A DNA stretch of 64,000 bases, from contig AP026130.1 of NCBI GenBank assembly GCA_030295235.1, forward strand, positions 310,001 through 374,000, written 5' to 3'. The position numbers and the translations under genes are program-made. The notes below the pieces were generated by a model, which ran no database searches, was not told the origin of the DNA, and was given only the letters and a program-made list of their open reading frames with translations. This DNA is from Fistulifera solaris. Taxonomy: Eukaryota. Within the stretch, counting starts at the first letter, position 1, and each line of letters starts with the position of its first letter. Shown in pieces: positions 13,779 to 25,613 of the stretch.

Positions 13779-14645
13779 ATGAAAGTTCTTTACTTTGTCG
13801 GCGGCACCGGAGGCTTGGGCCAAGAACTGGCCAAGGGCCTCGTGACATCGGAAGGCTTCGATGAGAAGGTCGCCCTGGTACGATCTGTCGGAGAGAAAAC
13901 CGAGGCACTTAAAAGTCTCGGATGGAAAGTGAAGCAAGTTGACTTCAATGACGCAGAAGGACTGATCAAGGCACTGTCGAATGCTTCTGTCGTCGTTTCA
14001 TCTGTTTCAGGACCGCAACTGGTCGACACAGAGATCAAGATGATCAATGCTGCTAAAGCGGCGGGTGCTTCTCTCTACGTTCCTTCGCAGTACGGTGTCG
14101 ATCACCGTCGCTGGAAGCCGGGCTTTCCCTTTATGTTGGGAAAATGGCCGTTCTAGACCACGCCGAAACGGTGGGGCTTCCGACTCTTGCAGTCTACACG
14201 GGTCTATTCTCGGATTACATTTTCTTCTTCTTGGCGGATCTCGAGAACATGACGGCGACATTGGTGGATGGCGGTGTAGGCAAATACTCATTCACGAAAC
14301 GAAGTGATATTGGTTTCGTTTTGGCCAAAGCCTTGACCGATCCAGAATTTGCGAATGGAGGCGATCTATCCGTTCAGGCGGAGACTATGACTTGGCGTGA
14401 AGCGCTGGCCCTCGTAGAAGTGGTCAAAGGACAAAAATTTACATTCACTGAGCTAACCGGGGAGGAAGGTTTGGAAGCAAGAGCAGGAGTTGCTTCAGAA
14501 CGGTGATATGTTGGGTTCATTCCGATTGCATCTTCTCGGAGAACCGGTCCGGGGAAGTCTCGGTTGCGACACAAGCGAGGGTGCAAAAAGTTATGATGTG
14601 GAGCTTGAAACGTTAAAGAAAACTCTCGAAGCAACTCTTAAGTGA
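13779..14645 (+). CDS. NmrA-like atypical SDR, copy 2 (homopolymer frameshifts near 14143 and 14470)
   Basis: MKVLYFVGGTGGLGQELAK, VVVSSVSG, INAAKAAGASLYVPSQYG, YTGLFSDY. Confidence 0.85.
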
Positions 14646-14892
14646 GGCGGCACGTTTCGGCATTTGCTGTCCGGGCGGAAACCTTCCGTGCCCCATCAGC
14701 GTCTATTTGTTGTATATATGTAAAATAATAATAAAACCAGAAAATAACGTAATCAGCATGCTAAAGTCAATAGGTTAAACGATTCTACATTGGCTCGGTC
14801 ACAAATGGATGAATTTCGACGACGCGCTCGGTCAATACGACGACAACGATTAACGATCATACAAAACAAAGGAACAGCACAATTTCAGCAAA

Positions 14893-15654
14893 TCAAATTT
14901 CAAGGAGCTGACCTTGGGCGATCAGGTCAGACATGGATGTGCCATATTTGAGCGCAAACGATTCCAGCACGCCATAATACTCGTCAAACGACAAAAAGCC
15001 AGGTACGTTCGTGTCGCGGGGAAGGTTTGGAAGAGTTTTACGCACAAACGAACGAAAATGGGCGGGGTGGACCAACTTCCCTTCGTGGTTTGAAAAGAAC
15101 ATCTCTTCTTCAATTGCATTCTCAATGCAATGCTTGCTGTTTTCATACTCCTGCTCTTTCGAGTTCTTGTTCTTGTTAGTACTCTTGGGGCCATACAAAA
15201 ATCGCTTCTCGTCTTCGGCCAACGAACGATGACTTGGAACAGGAAATACACTCACATCTTCGACAAAACTAACTCGACGAGTGGGAGGACAGAAAAAACT
15301 GTTGCGATCGCACATAAAGTCATTCGCAAAGCGCAGCGGAACTTGAGTCGGCACCGCAGCAAGGCCCGCGCCAAGTTTCGATGTCACGCCCCGAGACCAT
15401 CCTGGGCGTAGCGCAGCAGGCGACAGGTGCAAATCGTCACTTTTTCGGACAGACATAGGCGGAATGTCACCGGAGGCAATTTCCGAAGCATTTGAATTGA
15501 AGCCAGACGATACAAGAGCGCCTTTGGCGTCGAATCGACAACGCACAGAAGCGCACAGCTTGCGGAAAGGCCGAATCGATCGATGACGCTTGACGGCCGT
15601 CTTCTGATGACGTTGGGGACGTAGTAGGCAGTTCAGGTGGCGGGAAACTTTCAT
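14893..15654 (-). CDS. Hypothetical protein
   Basis: Intact ORF containing RRVSFVEDVSVFPVPSH...EKRFLY...NAIEEE...LVHPAH, a motif style common in diatom-specific hypothetical proteins. Start codon uncertain. Confidence 0.6.
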   Translation of the reverse strand: MKVSRHLNCLLRPQRHQKTAVKRHRSIRPFRKLCASVRCRFDAKGALVSSGFNSNASEIASGDIPPMSVRKSDDLHLSPAALRPGWSRGVTSKLGAGLAAVPTQVPLRFANDFMCDRNSFFCPPTRRVSFVEDVSVFPVPSHRSLAEDEKRFLYGPKSTNKNKNSKEQEYENSKHCIENAIEEEMFFSNHEGKLVHPAHFRSFVRKTLPNLPRDTNVPGFLSFDEYYGVLESFALKYGTSMSDLIAQGQLLEI

Positions 15655-16054
15655 TTTGTTGATGATACCAAGAAATGATAAAGTTGTTGTGCTTTTTCGT
15701 GTTTTTGTGCCGATTTGCTCGCTTGCTGCGGAGGACGGACGCAGTACAGACACTTAGCCAATAACAGTACGACATAGGTTATCAACCTAGTGTACACTAT
15801 GGAAGATAGTCGCTGTGTTTTCAGTTGCGCTTTCTCCGTTATGAAAAGCATCCTCGCTGCGCTCGCCGTTCACATTGGAGGGAAAGGACTCAGCCATAAC
15901 AAAAGCTCGTTTATTTTGCCAGTTCTATTACATTTACCGCTTCTTCATTTACTGTCTCCCTTCTGAATTTATTTGTTACAAGTTTGAGCGAACCCGGGCG
16001 TAGACTGCTTTAATTGTCGTTCGATTTCAACTATTTTAAGGTGTAACATTAGCC

Positions 16055-18284
16055 ATGCCTGTCTACTTGTGTCACCCCGGAGAGAACGACCCGGAACCAT
16101 GGCGCTTCGGTCTTCAAGTTTTTGCTGCTCCCTGCAAAATCGATGATAATGCACCCTCTTCCACCGCCTCGACGGTAGGCGGTGGGACGGATTTAATAGT
16201 AGCAGATTGGGCGGACGATGACAACGAAAAGAAACGAAACGAGAACATTCAAGTGATAAAAGCAGTCGGCCGCGGCACGCGTTCTTCGTTATCGTCACAA
16301 GTGGTTCGTCGCGTTCGCCATGCCGAGCTGCTACTGGTTGATGATGTTTGTATAGCATATGATCGATTTTGGCTACGATTGCGTTGGCCAGGGCGGAAAG
16401 GAGGCTTCGCAGGGTATATTGCTATGGGACTTGTGTCTGAAGCATCTCGGATCTTTTCTTCATCTCATGGTAAGTAGTTGCTGTTTATGTCACTATTTAC
16501 GATCGGAATCTAATCCTTTTCTTAGTCATCGATTCGCAACTTTCCGCGACCTTATCCGGCGTCCTTGCTGCGGAAGATAAAGCCAGCGGTGATGATTTGG
16601 ATCACGATGACAATCGCGAAGAAACTGGGAGTATGCCTCCATCCGAGCCTAGTGAAATAACGTCCCTTGTTTGTTCACGCACCGGACTTCTCTTTCCTTC
16701 ATCGCCTTTTATGAAATTGCTTGCACATTATGATGACGGCCTGTCGCCACCAGTGGCGTTGGCGCCCAATCCAAGCGAGTCTGTGTTCTGCCGAATTTGT
16801 CGCGAAGGGTTGCATGATGACGCAGACGATGAGCTTCCCGCTGCTGCCGATGACGATGCTGATATAGATAGAACTGGGAGCGGTTCTTTACCGCCTTCGG
16901 GAAGTGAAGCCGGATCTGTCGATGTTGGCCAATCCAGTCCAAGCGATCCTAAAGGCCCTGAATCACCTCACCCATCCTACGGGTCAAATCAGGATGCCAT
17001 GCAAAATCCGATGCTAGCACCGTGCGAATGCTCAGGTTCTATGGCGTTTGTACATTACTTGTGTGTGGAACAGTGGCGGTGCAGATCTAGACACCCTGAT
17101 GCACACGACGGATTGAATTGCGAGACATGTGGTGCTAAGTATGCTTTGCCCCCCGCCGAACGCGAAGTGCATGTGCCGCATGTCGATCAAGACCAGGATG
17201 ACTGGCTAGAGGCAATGCCGCCTCATGTCATGCAGGCTCTTCGCCAGCCGCACATCTGGTGGCAAATGGGTGCTGCGATTGTTCGACGTCGTTGGCTCCG
17301 TCCCATTGCTCCCGTCATTATGTCTCCGATAGTGGCTTTATACTGCCGTGCACGACGGATGCTCAAGAAAGAGGAGTCGCTCGCCGCCGTTGGGCTTGCA
17401 GTCTCTGTCGGCGCCGTGCTCGATGGAAGTGCGTGCGATGTCTTCGTAGTTACTACTGTTCACGTCAGTGCCAAAATGTGTCATGGCATATTATTCACAA
17501 GCACGTCTGCTACAAACCTGTTCGATTTTGGTGGTCGGTTCTCGTGTACTCGATAGTTGGTTTGCTACTTTTCCCAGGCTTTCGGCGTGATCCGCTTGTG
17601 TATGACCTGGGCTTGATGGCCGTGCCCATGTCATTTGTGGTAGCGGGAATCTTGGGCGGAAGCGCTGGCATATTGATTAAAAAGGCTTCAGGACTAGATG
17701 CCCGTGGGCGTTTGTTAGAATTAACAGTTGTTCTGGCCACCATTTTCTTATCGTTCGTCACTTGGGGCCTGATTCAAAGCTTTTTCGGGAATCCAAACGC
17801 TTGTTTCGGTGTGATTGGTGCTTATGACATAACCGCAAGCGATCTTCCTTCGACATCGTCAATGCTGCGATGGTTTCAGATATTGATTCTAAAACCAATG
17901 AAGATCTTTTATCTCGTTGTGGACAAGATGTGTTCTCAGTATCTGGGCACGTGGGGTAAACGATTATTATGTGACGAGCGAAGTCTGCTGCATCTCTTCC
18001 CGTGGGATGGTGAAGTTGAATACACTAATGACAAGGTCGGTTGTTTCGAGCATATCCCGTTTGCAAATGAGAACTTTTTCTTAAAGGAACATGGAGGAGA
18101 GAAATGTGCCGGTGATTTGGTCATGGTTTTATCACTGTATCATTTAGCAGCAGTCAGTTTTATTATTAGTACATTGGCCAAGCACGAAGAGCGCCGTCAA
18201 CGACGAGAGAGGATGGAGAGACGTTTGCCACGTCAAGGCCGGGCCGTGGTTCGCAGGCCTGGGCAACACGCTCATCAAGATTAG
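16055..18284 (+). CDS. RING-CH (RINGv) E3 ligase with MYND zinc finger and transmembrane region; intron 16470-16525, frameshift ~17370
   Basis: CRICREG...PCECSGSMAFVHYLCVEQW...CETC (C4HC3); CSLC..KCVRC..YYCSRQCQNVSWHIIHKHVC (MYND); followed by hydrophobic helices. Confidence 0.82.
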
Positions 18285-18370
18285 ACGAAAGTCATATAGG
18301 TATCTGAATACAGTTTAGCTTTGTTTTATAGTTGTGCCTGTGACTAGACCTAGACGTTTGTCCCCTCCCC

Positions 18371-20788
18371 TTACATTGACCCTCCCGAATCGCTGGCGTC
18401 GACATCCATGCTCATCATCATAGCACTGCCGTCTTCTTCTTCCTTAGGAGTTTTCCATTGTGGTGTTGACCGCATCAAAAATGACGAGTCGTCATTATTT
18501 GTATGCTTGGCACTTTGTGCAATGCTGGATGACTCTTCCAGCTGTTCTTGCAGCGCTCGTTGCAGCATTTCGGTACTAAAAGCATCGTCTGCTTTCAAAC
18601 TCAATGCTTGGTGGTACAACTGAATTGCTTCGTCTAAATGCCGTGTCAAATGCTTTGTAAAAGCCAGTGCTGCATACGCCGAGCCCTTTTCCGGACAAAG
18701 AGCCACGCAATGGCGGTAGCAAACTTCTGCTTTTTCGAATTGGCGTGTTTTACGATGGCAGTGACCCAAGCCAAACAAAGTTGGCTCCCAATACGGATCT
18801 TGAATTCGGTCCAGTCCTTCCGTCAGAGGGTCCGCTGATTGCGTTAAACTCGTCAATGCCTTCTGAAACCACACAATGGCCGATTCGTTTTCACCTTTTT
18901 GTGTGTAAAGAACGCCGAGCTCATGCAAGCATAAGGGGTCACCCCACTCGATTTGAGCGCCGAATGTAGAAAATGTTGGGCCAACACGAGGTGGTTCGTT
19001 CTCACGTACTCCATACCCATGTAAAGTAAGGAAGTATGCTCCCCGGGGCTGAGTCTTTGGGCAGCCCGAAACGATGCAAGGGCTTGGTCCGACTCGTCGC
19101 AGGCGGCAAAGGCACAACCAAACGCCACCCAAGCCTCCGTGCACTGCGGATCCAAACGAGTTGCCCGACAAAAGTGACGCTGGGCGACATGAAACCGCCG
19201 ACAGCAGTAATAGTACGCCCCACCGCGAACCATGACTGCGCCGATTTGGGAGCAAATTCGACCCACTCGTGCGCCAAGCGGAAGAGGACGCGCTTGTGGC
19301 CCATGAGTACGAGTGTAGAAATGTAACAAAATGCTGCACCAGGGACCAACGGGTCAATTTGAGAAAGTCGCTCCGCATAGTTCAAAACATCCTTCCACTG
19401 ATAGCGGCGATAGGCACGACGAGCGGCCATGGCAAGAACGTGAGGTGAATGTTGTAGCTTATAATCATTCCATAGCTGGTCCAGTGCACCGTCGACAGCT
19501 TCCTGGATCTCCGATGATGCCGAGTTTGACGGGAAATCAGCACCTTTCCCAAAAATACTCCGTGCCTCGACGTTCGCTTTTTTCATGGGAAGACCGACGT
19601 CATGGGCGGCGGGGGTATGAAAATGCCGGTATCGGTGATGAAAACGGAATCGCTGAAGCGTTGGGGGAAAACAGCGACATCGAATCGTTGCTGGTGGGAG
19701 CCGCGGCAGGTAATTCATCCGTCACTTCTTGCGGGGCAATTTCGATACGAGCCAAATAGAGGGCTTTCAACCACTGCAACGGCGGTCCCTGGCCTCCGGA
19801 AAAGTCCAGCGAGTCCAGCAGCTGATACGCGTCGGATGCGGTCACCAAGTGGCGATCCAACAGATACTCCCACGCCGCTTGACATTGACAGTCAATTTTG
19901 AGTGCCCGTTTCCAGTACGTAGCGGCACGAATGCCGTGCCCGGTTTTCCAGATACGCGCGTCCGCGCCAGGTGCAGATCCGCGCCAGCAAGTGAATCGAA
20001 TCCTCGGATCGTGGACCATCTTGATCCATCGCCTCCTGTAACGTATGCCACGCAAAATCGTCATTGTCATCAAGCGGCTTGGAGATTGCCAAACTACGAA
20101 ATGTCGGATGCTTATTTTGATTGGAGAAATCATCCGGCAGACGGCAGGCATCTTCAAGCAACTCCACCAGCGACGGCCATTCTTCTTGCGCCGCCAGAGC
20201 CGAACACGCCACCAGCAATGCCTCCCAGGGATAGCTACTGCGCAATAAGCAACTTTCTTCCAGTGTTTTTAAACAGGCCGAGAAGTTACGAGCATTGAGC
20301 TGAATTTGGGCCAGCAGCAAGGCATCACTCGGATGCCCGGTTTTCGCATACAACAAACTCGCAAAGAACGCCGCTTGTGAGGGAGATTCCGTCGCCGATT
20401 GGTTCGCCAGTGAACGCAGTTTTTCGAGTGGAATGCCATCCACGGCCGCTTTGGGTGGAGGTGATAGGATGGAAGACGACTCGTCCGTAAAATGTTTGGA
20501 CGTAGTCTCGGCATCCTCCAGGTCCCCGGCCGCATTGGTGAAGGACGTGCCGCCAAAGAAACTGGTTCGTCTAGCATTCGACGTGGATGCACGGGGAGAC
20601 CAGTGATTGACACTGGCACTATTATTGGGCGAGAATCGAAGCAGACCTTGCACAAGCGGAGAGTGTGACGATTCGTCCCCTCCGTCGATGATTTGCGTCC
20701 TCGTGATGCGCGTTCGCTGGTTGCGGGTGGATGGAAATGGTGACCGCCCCGACGGGCCGGAGGAAGGGTTAGGGCCTGAGGAAGCCAT
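18371..20788 (-). CDS. CDC16: Anaphase-promoting complex subunit 6 (Cdc16/APC6), frameshifted
   Basis: TPR array with SWFAVG, YYY...AQRHFCRATRLDP, AWVAFGCAFA..DESDQALASFRAAQRL, LLYMGMEY, WEPTLFGLGHCHRK. Confidence 0.88.
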
Positions 20789-21143
20789 CTGTGATCAGAT
20801 TACGCCCTATTTATGATTTATAGATCGAATATAACAATTTACAAAACGTTGTTGGTGTTATTTTGTTATCATCGTCGGGGATATACGGAGGCAAGCCGCA
20901 TTTTTCGGCCACAGACAGCCCCTGATTGGAAACGGCACTGAATAAACTATGCTCAAAACTTGCTAAGGTTACAGTATAATGTGAAATGAGTACCGTGTCG
21001 CTTTTCTATACGGAGGAGCGATGAAGCGAGCTAGGTCTAAAATCAGGGTCTCTCTAGAGACAAGCTAACTACACTTCAGATTCTTCCGTAAATGATTCAA
21101 ACATCTTACTCAAGGAAAACGAAAAAGTCAGCCGAAACAGTCC

Positions 21144-21557
21144 TCAACTATCCGAAAACTCGTCATGGAGAGCAGCCATTCGAGCGTTGACCGCATCCGC
21201 ATGTTTCGCGAAGAAGCATGTGTTGTAAATAATCTGATCTTCTTCGCCTGGCTCTTGAAACACAACATCATTCGGCCAATCTGGGTTATCCCGCTGTTTC
21301 TGGGAGAGGGACATACAGTAGAATTGGCGGCACCCGAAACAATAGCCATTGGTCGATGAATGACAAGTCGCACAACGCCCGTAGATATGCTTTCCTTCGA
21401 CCGTCGTCTTAATCATCTACATACCGATACAGTCGGCACTGTTTATCTCGAAGGACGGTAAGGTTATGACCGGAATGTTCGCACACTTGACAGTGTCCTT
21501 TCTCGAACGGACCGGGCTCTCCGCGGTGACTAGCTGCGTAGGATCTGCCAAGTCCAT
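21144..21557 (-). mobile_element. Remnant of a piggyBac-like transposase (C-terminal cysteine-rich domain)
   Basis: GRCATC-x7-CFGCRQFYC...TCFFAKH fits the piggyBac/PGBD CRD pattern. It is preceded in frame by MDLADP...CIGM and a TAG. No DDD catalytic core is present. Confidence 0.5.
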
Positions 21558-21842
21558 GATTCAAATTATAAATGATGGTGACGAAAAATACTGTGTCGTT
21601 TGCGAGGTTGATGATTTGTTTCGAATGTTGTCGGTGATTTATTTAAAACTTACAATGCTTATTCCTGTAGCATTCGATTTGATTTTTGTCATTATTTATT
21701 TTCGTCCGCTTTTTTCGCGCGCGCAGCTCCTAAACTAGTTTCAGTATACGCTAGCGTGTACAACGTCTAGGAGACGAATCAGAAATATACATATCATTGC
21801 CGCTTCATGTCTTACCGGCTCTTTTTATCGAACGCGTGATCC

Positions 21843-22609
21843 TGTTAAAATCTCCGCGGTCTTCTGTCTTCTTCTTCTCTCACCACCGGAACTCGATCCC
21901 TGGTGAAACGCTCTATGAAACCTAACTTGTTCCAAACTCTCTCTTTACAGATTATAAACTTAAACTAAACTCTCTTGATCGACGCCATCCTCTCACAATC
22001 CTGGTAGTTAGTCCATCCAAATAACTTCCCATGATCTCCTACTATATTGCCGTCAATCCTAGTCAATCCTATCTCCCTAGTAAATCCGTATCCTGCATAA
22101 GCCATCACCTCCGAAATCTCCACATTCGAACTGATGCTCCAATTATTCCGATCCTTCATGCGACCTGGGAAAACCTCCGTTCCACGATCCCCTACAGAGT
22201 AAAACCCAGTCGCCCACTTCACCTTAGCAATCACCCGCGACATCTTTTGTGCGTCCGCCGTGCTTACGTCATCTTTGCACCGGTCCGACACACCACCATG
22301 TCGCATAGGGCGTCATGCTTTGACATGATCCAGCGCGGTGTCCTTTTGTTCATCGTCCTTTTATTGCCGAAGTTTTTTTTTTTTTTTTTTTTCATCGAAG
22401 CACCATTCACAACACTCCTCGTTGGCTTTCCAGAGCGTTGCGTCTTATCCATAAATTGGAATCTCATCTTTGAGTGGCCGTCCTCGTCTACTACCGTTCT
22501 TACTGATACTACCTTCCGCGTCGACCTTACCGAGGGACTGTTTGTACCCTAAAACTTTCTAGGAAGCTCTGGCTGTACTTCCGAGACTCCAAGGTTTCCC
22601 ACATCAACA
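21843..22609 (-). mobile_element. Probable solo LTR of a second retrotransposon family (767 bp)
   Basis: TGTTAA...TCAACA termini, strong purine/pyrimidine strand skew unlike the flanks, TTTATAATC and AT-rich tract near the minus-strand 3' end, internal T20 run. No TSD found. Confidence 0.45.
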
Positions 22610-22611
22610 CA

Positions 22612-25167
22612 ATGATTCCACGATCTGTTCCACGGAAAATATCTCACAATGAAGCAGCTGCACATCCGCCGCGTGGATCACCGACCCACCATCGAATTTA
22701 TTTTCTCAATGCACTCGCGACGATTCAAGTACCCAATTCCTTGCTGCGCGGGGTGCCCGTGACGCAAGTAGCGGCAGATGGTACCACACAAACTGCCACA
22801 TTGACTCTTTCGAGAGACAAATTTACCGTCACATTGTCGTCGGAAGCCTCCGTGGCGGGATTCTTTTCCAAATCGGCCGTTATGACGCACCGCGATGTCG
22901 ATATTAGTGAGATGGACCGTATTCAGCGGGGTCAATCCACCCAGTATTTTGAAAGAGCCAAGAAAAAGGCGGATCGAATGGGAATTTTGCCGAAATCCGA
23001 ATTATTCCGTGGTTCCTCTCATGGATCCAGCGCCAACAATTCCTATCCTTCTCCATCGTCCGTGGCTTCCTCGGCCACGGCGTTGCATCCGGAGCTCTCG
23101 TTTAGCATTATTTTCCGCGGGGCTCATACTCTGGATCTGATGGCGGCGACGTCCGAAACGCGCGATAAGATTTGTGACGCACTGGATCGCATCTTGTTGG
23201 CCTATCAGCGGTACAAAGTGCGCGTCGCGCACGAAGTACTGCTGCTGCGGTACGTCTGGTTGAATGTCAACGATCACGGTCGTCTGGGACAACACATGCC
23301 CGTTCAGCAATTTGGAAAAGTACTACAAGAAATCAACTTTGTCATGAAACAGAGGGATTTGCAATCGGCGTATGATCACTTTGGGAAGGTGATTGGGTTG
23401 GATCGATCCAGCCGGCGGAAAGGCTTAACGTTTGAGCAATCGGCTACCTTTTGCACAAAATCAAGCGAGATAGCTGGATGGTCAAGCCTGTGCAAGTCAT
23501 TTGGAATGACATGTTTGGCGAAGTAATGAACAATGGGAAAATGAGGACGACTGTATCCGATAAAACCTTTCTCGAGAAGTTCCTTCGGGGGGAAGCAGGG
23601 GGATGCCAAAGCTACATTGGTGGACGTTCGAAAACTCTTTCGGAGACTCCATGAAATGGAAATTGCACACGCCACTCCCGAACCTATCGATCCGTCTCGG
23701 ATTTCGAAAGACCAGTTTGAGGCATTCTTGCATGCACCGGAGAATGATGTTTTCGATCCCGAGAAAGAAAGATTTAACAAAGTTGACATGAACCAGCCAC
23801 TTTCCGAGTACTGGATTAACAGCAGTCACAATACCTATTTGATTGGTGATCAATACACCTCACATTCCAGCGTCGAGATGTACTCGGAAGCACTTTACAG
23901 GGGATGCAGATGCTTGGAACTTGACATTTGGGATGGTGGTCGAGCGGCCGATGGAACTCCTGTTCCTGTCGTATGGCATGGACACACTATGACAACCAAA
24001 ATCCTGTTTGTTGACATTATCAAGACAATCAAAGTGTTTCTGAACTTTCATCCCGACACGTTCCCAATCATCCTTTCTTTCGAAAATCACTGCAGCATTC
24101 CTTACCAAGAATATATGGCGGAGAAGTTGGTCAGAACATTCGGGCCTTCTCTTTACATACCTACGGAAGCATCTCTATACGGAGCACTGCCCTCGCCGTC
24201 CAAACTCAGAGGTATGGTCGTGATCAAAGGACGCCGACCGGATGGTACAGAAGCCGATGCATACGACACGGACGACGATTTTTCGGATGATGGTGAGGAC
24301 CTTTTCTTGGCAAAGGAATTGGAGGCACGAAACGCAGAGCTACACAAAAAGCATAGGGTGGCCCCTCAGCTAGCTAGATTAACCTTGCTTCACGGTCACA
24401 AGCTACAAACTTTCGAGGAGTCAATGCGCACTCCCAGCTACTTTATGCATTCGTTCAGCGAGAACAAGGTACGAAGTTACTGTAGATCAAAATCGGTCTA
24501 CAGTTGGATTGACTACAACCAGACGCATATGAGTCGTACATATCCAGCTGGTGCTCGCGTTGATTCGAGCAATTATAATCCGTTGTTGGCCTGGAGTGTG
24601 GGTTGTCAGATGGTTGCTCTTAATTTTCAAACCCAAGATGCATTTTTGCGTCTGAACGACGGTCGATTTCGGGAAAATGGAAACTGCGGCTACGTTTTGA
24701 AACCGTCTGCACTCATGATAAAAGATGGCTACAGTGAAGCATCGTCTCCTTTAAAACTGTCAGTGAAAGTGCTTAGTGGATCGTGCCTACCGAAACCAAA
24801 AGGTCAGCGAACACGAGATTGCATAGACCCGTACGTCAAAGTTGTTCTTTACGATGTTTTGAAAGAAGAAAAGGAGATTGCAACTTCATTTCAGACAGTT
24901 GTGGTACATCAAAACGGTTTTTTTCCTATCTGGAACGAAAAATTCAATTTTCTGGTGGAAAATTGGGCCGTCGCCATCCTTCAGCTGACGCTACACAACA
25001 ACACAAAAGATGAATTCATAGCCAGCGCGTCCATTCCTGTCTCGTGTCTACGAGGTGGTATCCGAAGTGTCAAACTATACGACGAGACTAACTCCAGGAC
25101 TGGGGCAATTGACTTTGCGACACTGCTTCTTGACGTGAAAATCGGACAAATAGTCGCCGAAATTTAA
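22612..25167 (+). CDS. PLC: Phosphoinositide-specific phospholipase C (PH-EF-X-Y-C2), frameshifts near 23450 and 23600
   Basis: DMNQPLSEYWINSSHNTYL, GCRCLELDIWDG, WHGHTMT, PIILSFENHC, SRTYPAGARVDSSNYNP, GCQMVALNFQT, C2 domain DPYVKV. Confidence 0.95.
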
Positions 25168-25613
25168 AAATGGCTCATCTACACCGGATGAACTGTCGCG
25201 GATGCTAACGCTTAGGTGGTTCTTATCCGGATAGCTCCAATGCTTTGCTTCAGAACGATTCCAGGCGCGTTGTCAATTTCGTGTATCATGAAACCTTAGC
25301 AAAACCGTTTCGTTGGCGACTTTTTGAAACTGTAGGCCCTTCCGTTTTGTCCGACGCCCAGCGAGAACAACGAAGAAGAAACGCGAAAACTATTTTCCAC
25401 TTACGATGAAGGTTAGGCCTTTTTTCTGTGAACCGTACATTATTGTTTACACTACAATTCGAGCAAAAGGGCCTCGGTTCGCTTTTTTCTCCTCCGCCGT
25501 TTCCGCGTTTGTCCGATTCGTTTCCTCTCTCGGTTCTCTTTCTTCTCATAAAAAAGATAGCGAAAAGCAAAACAAACAAGAAACACACAAAACATTCAAA
25601 TCAATTCAAAATC

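Noticed and set aside
18345..21770. 10-bp inverted match CCTAGACGTT / AACGTCTAGG as transposon TIRs around CDC16
   Set aside because: The match is too short, there is no TSD, and CTAG-rich words are common in the intergenic DNA here.
25170..25290. Possible small structured RNA downstream of PLC
   Set aside because: No tRNA cloverleaf, snoRNA box pair or convincing stem could be established by eye.
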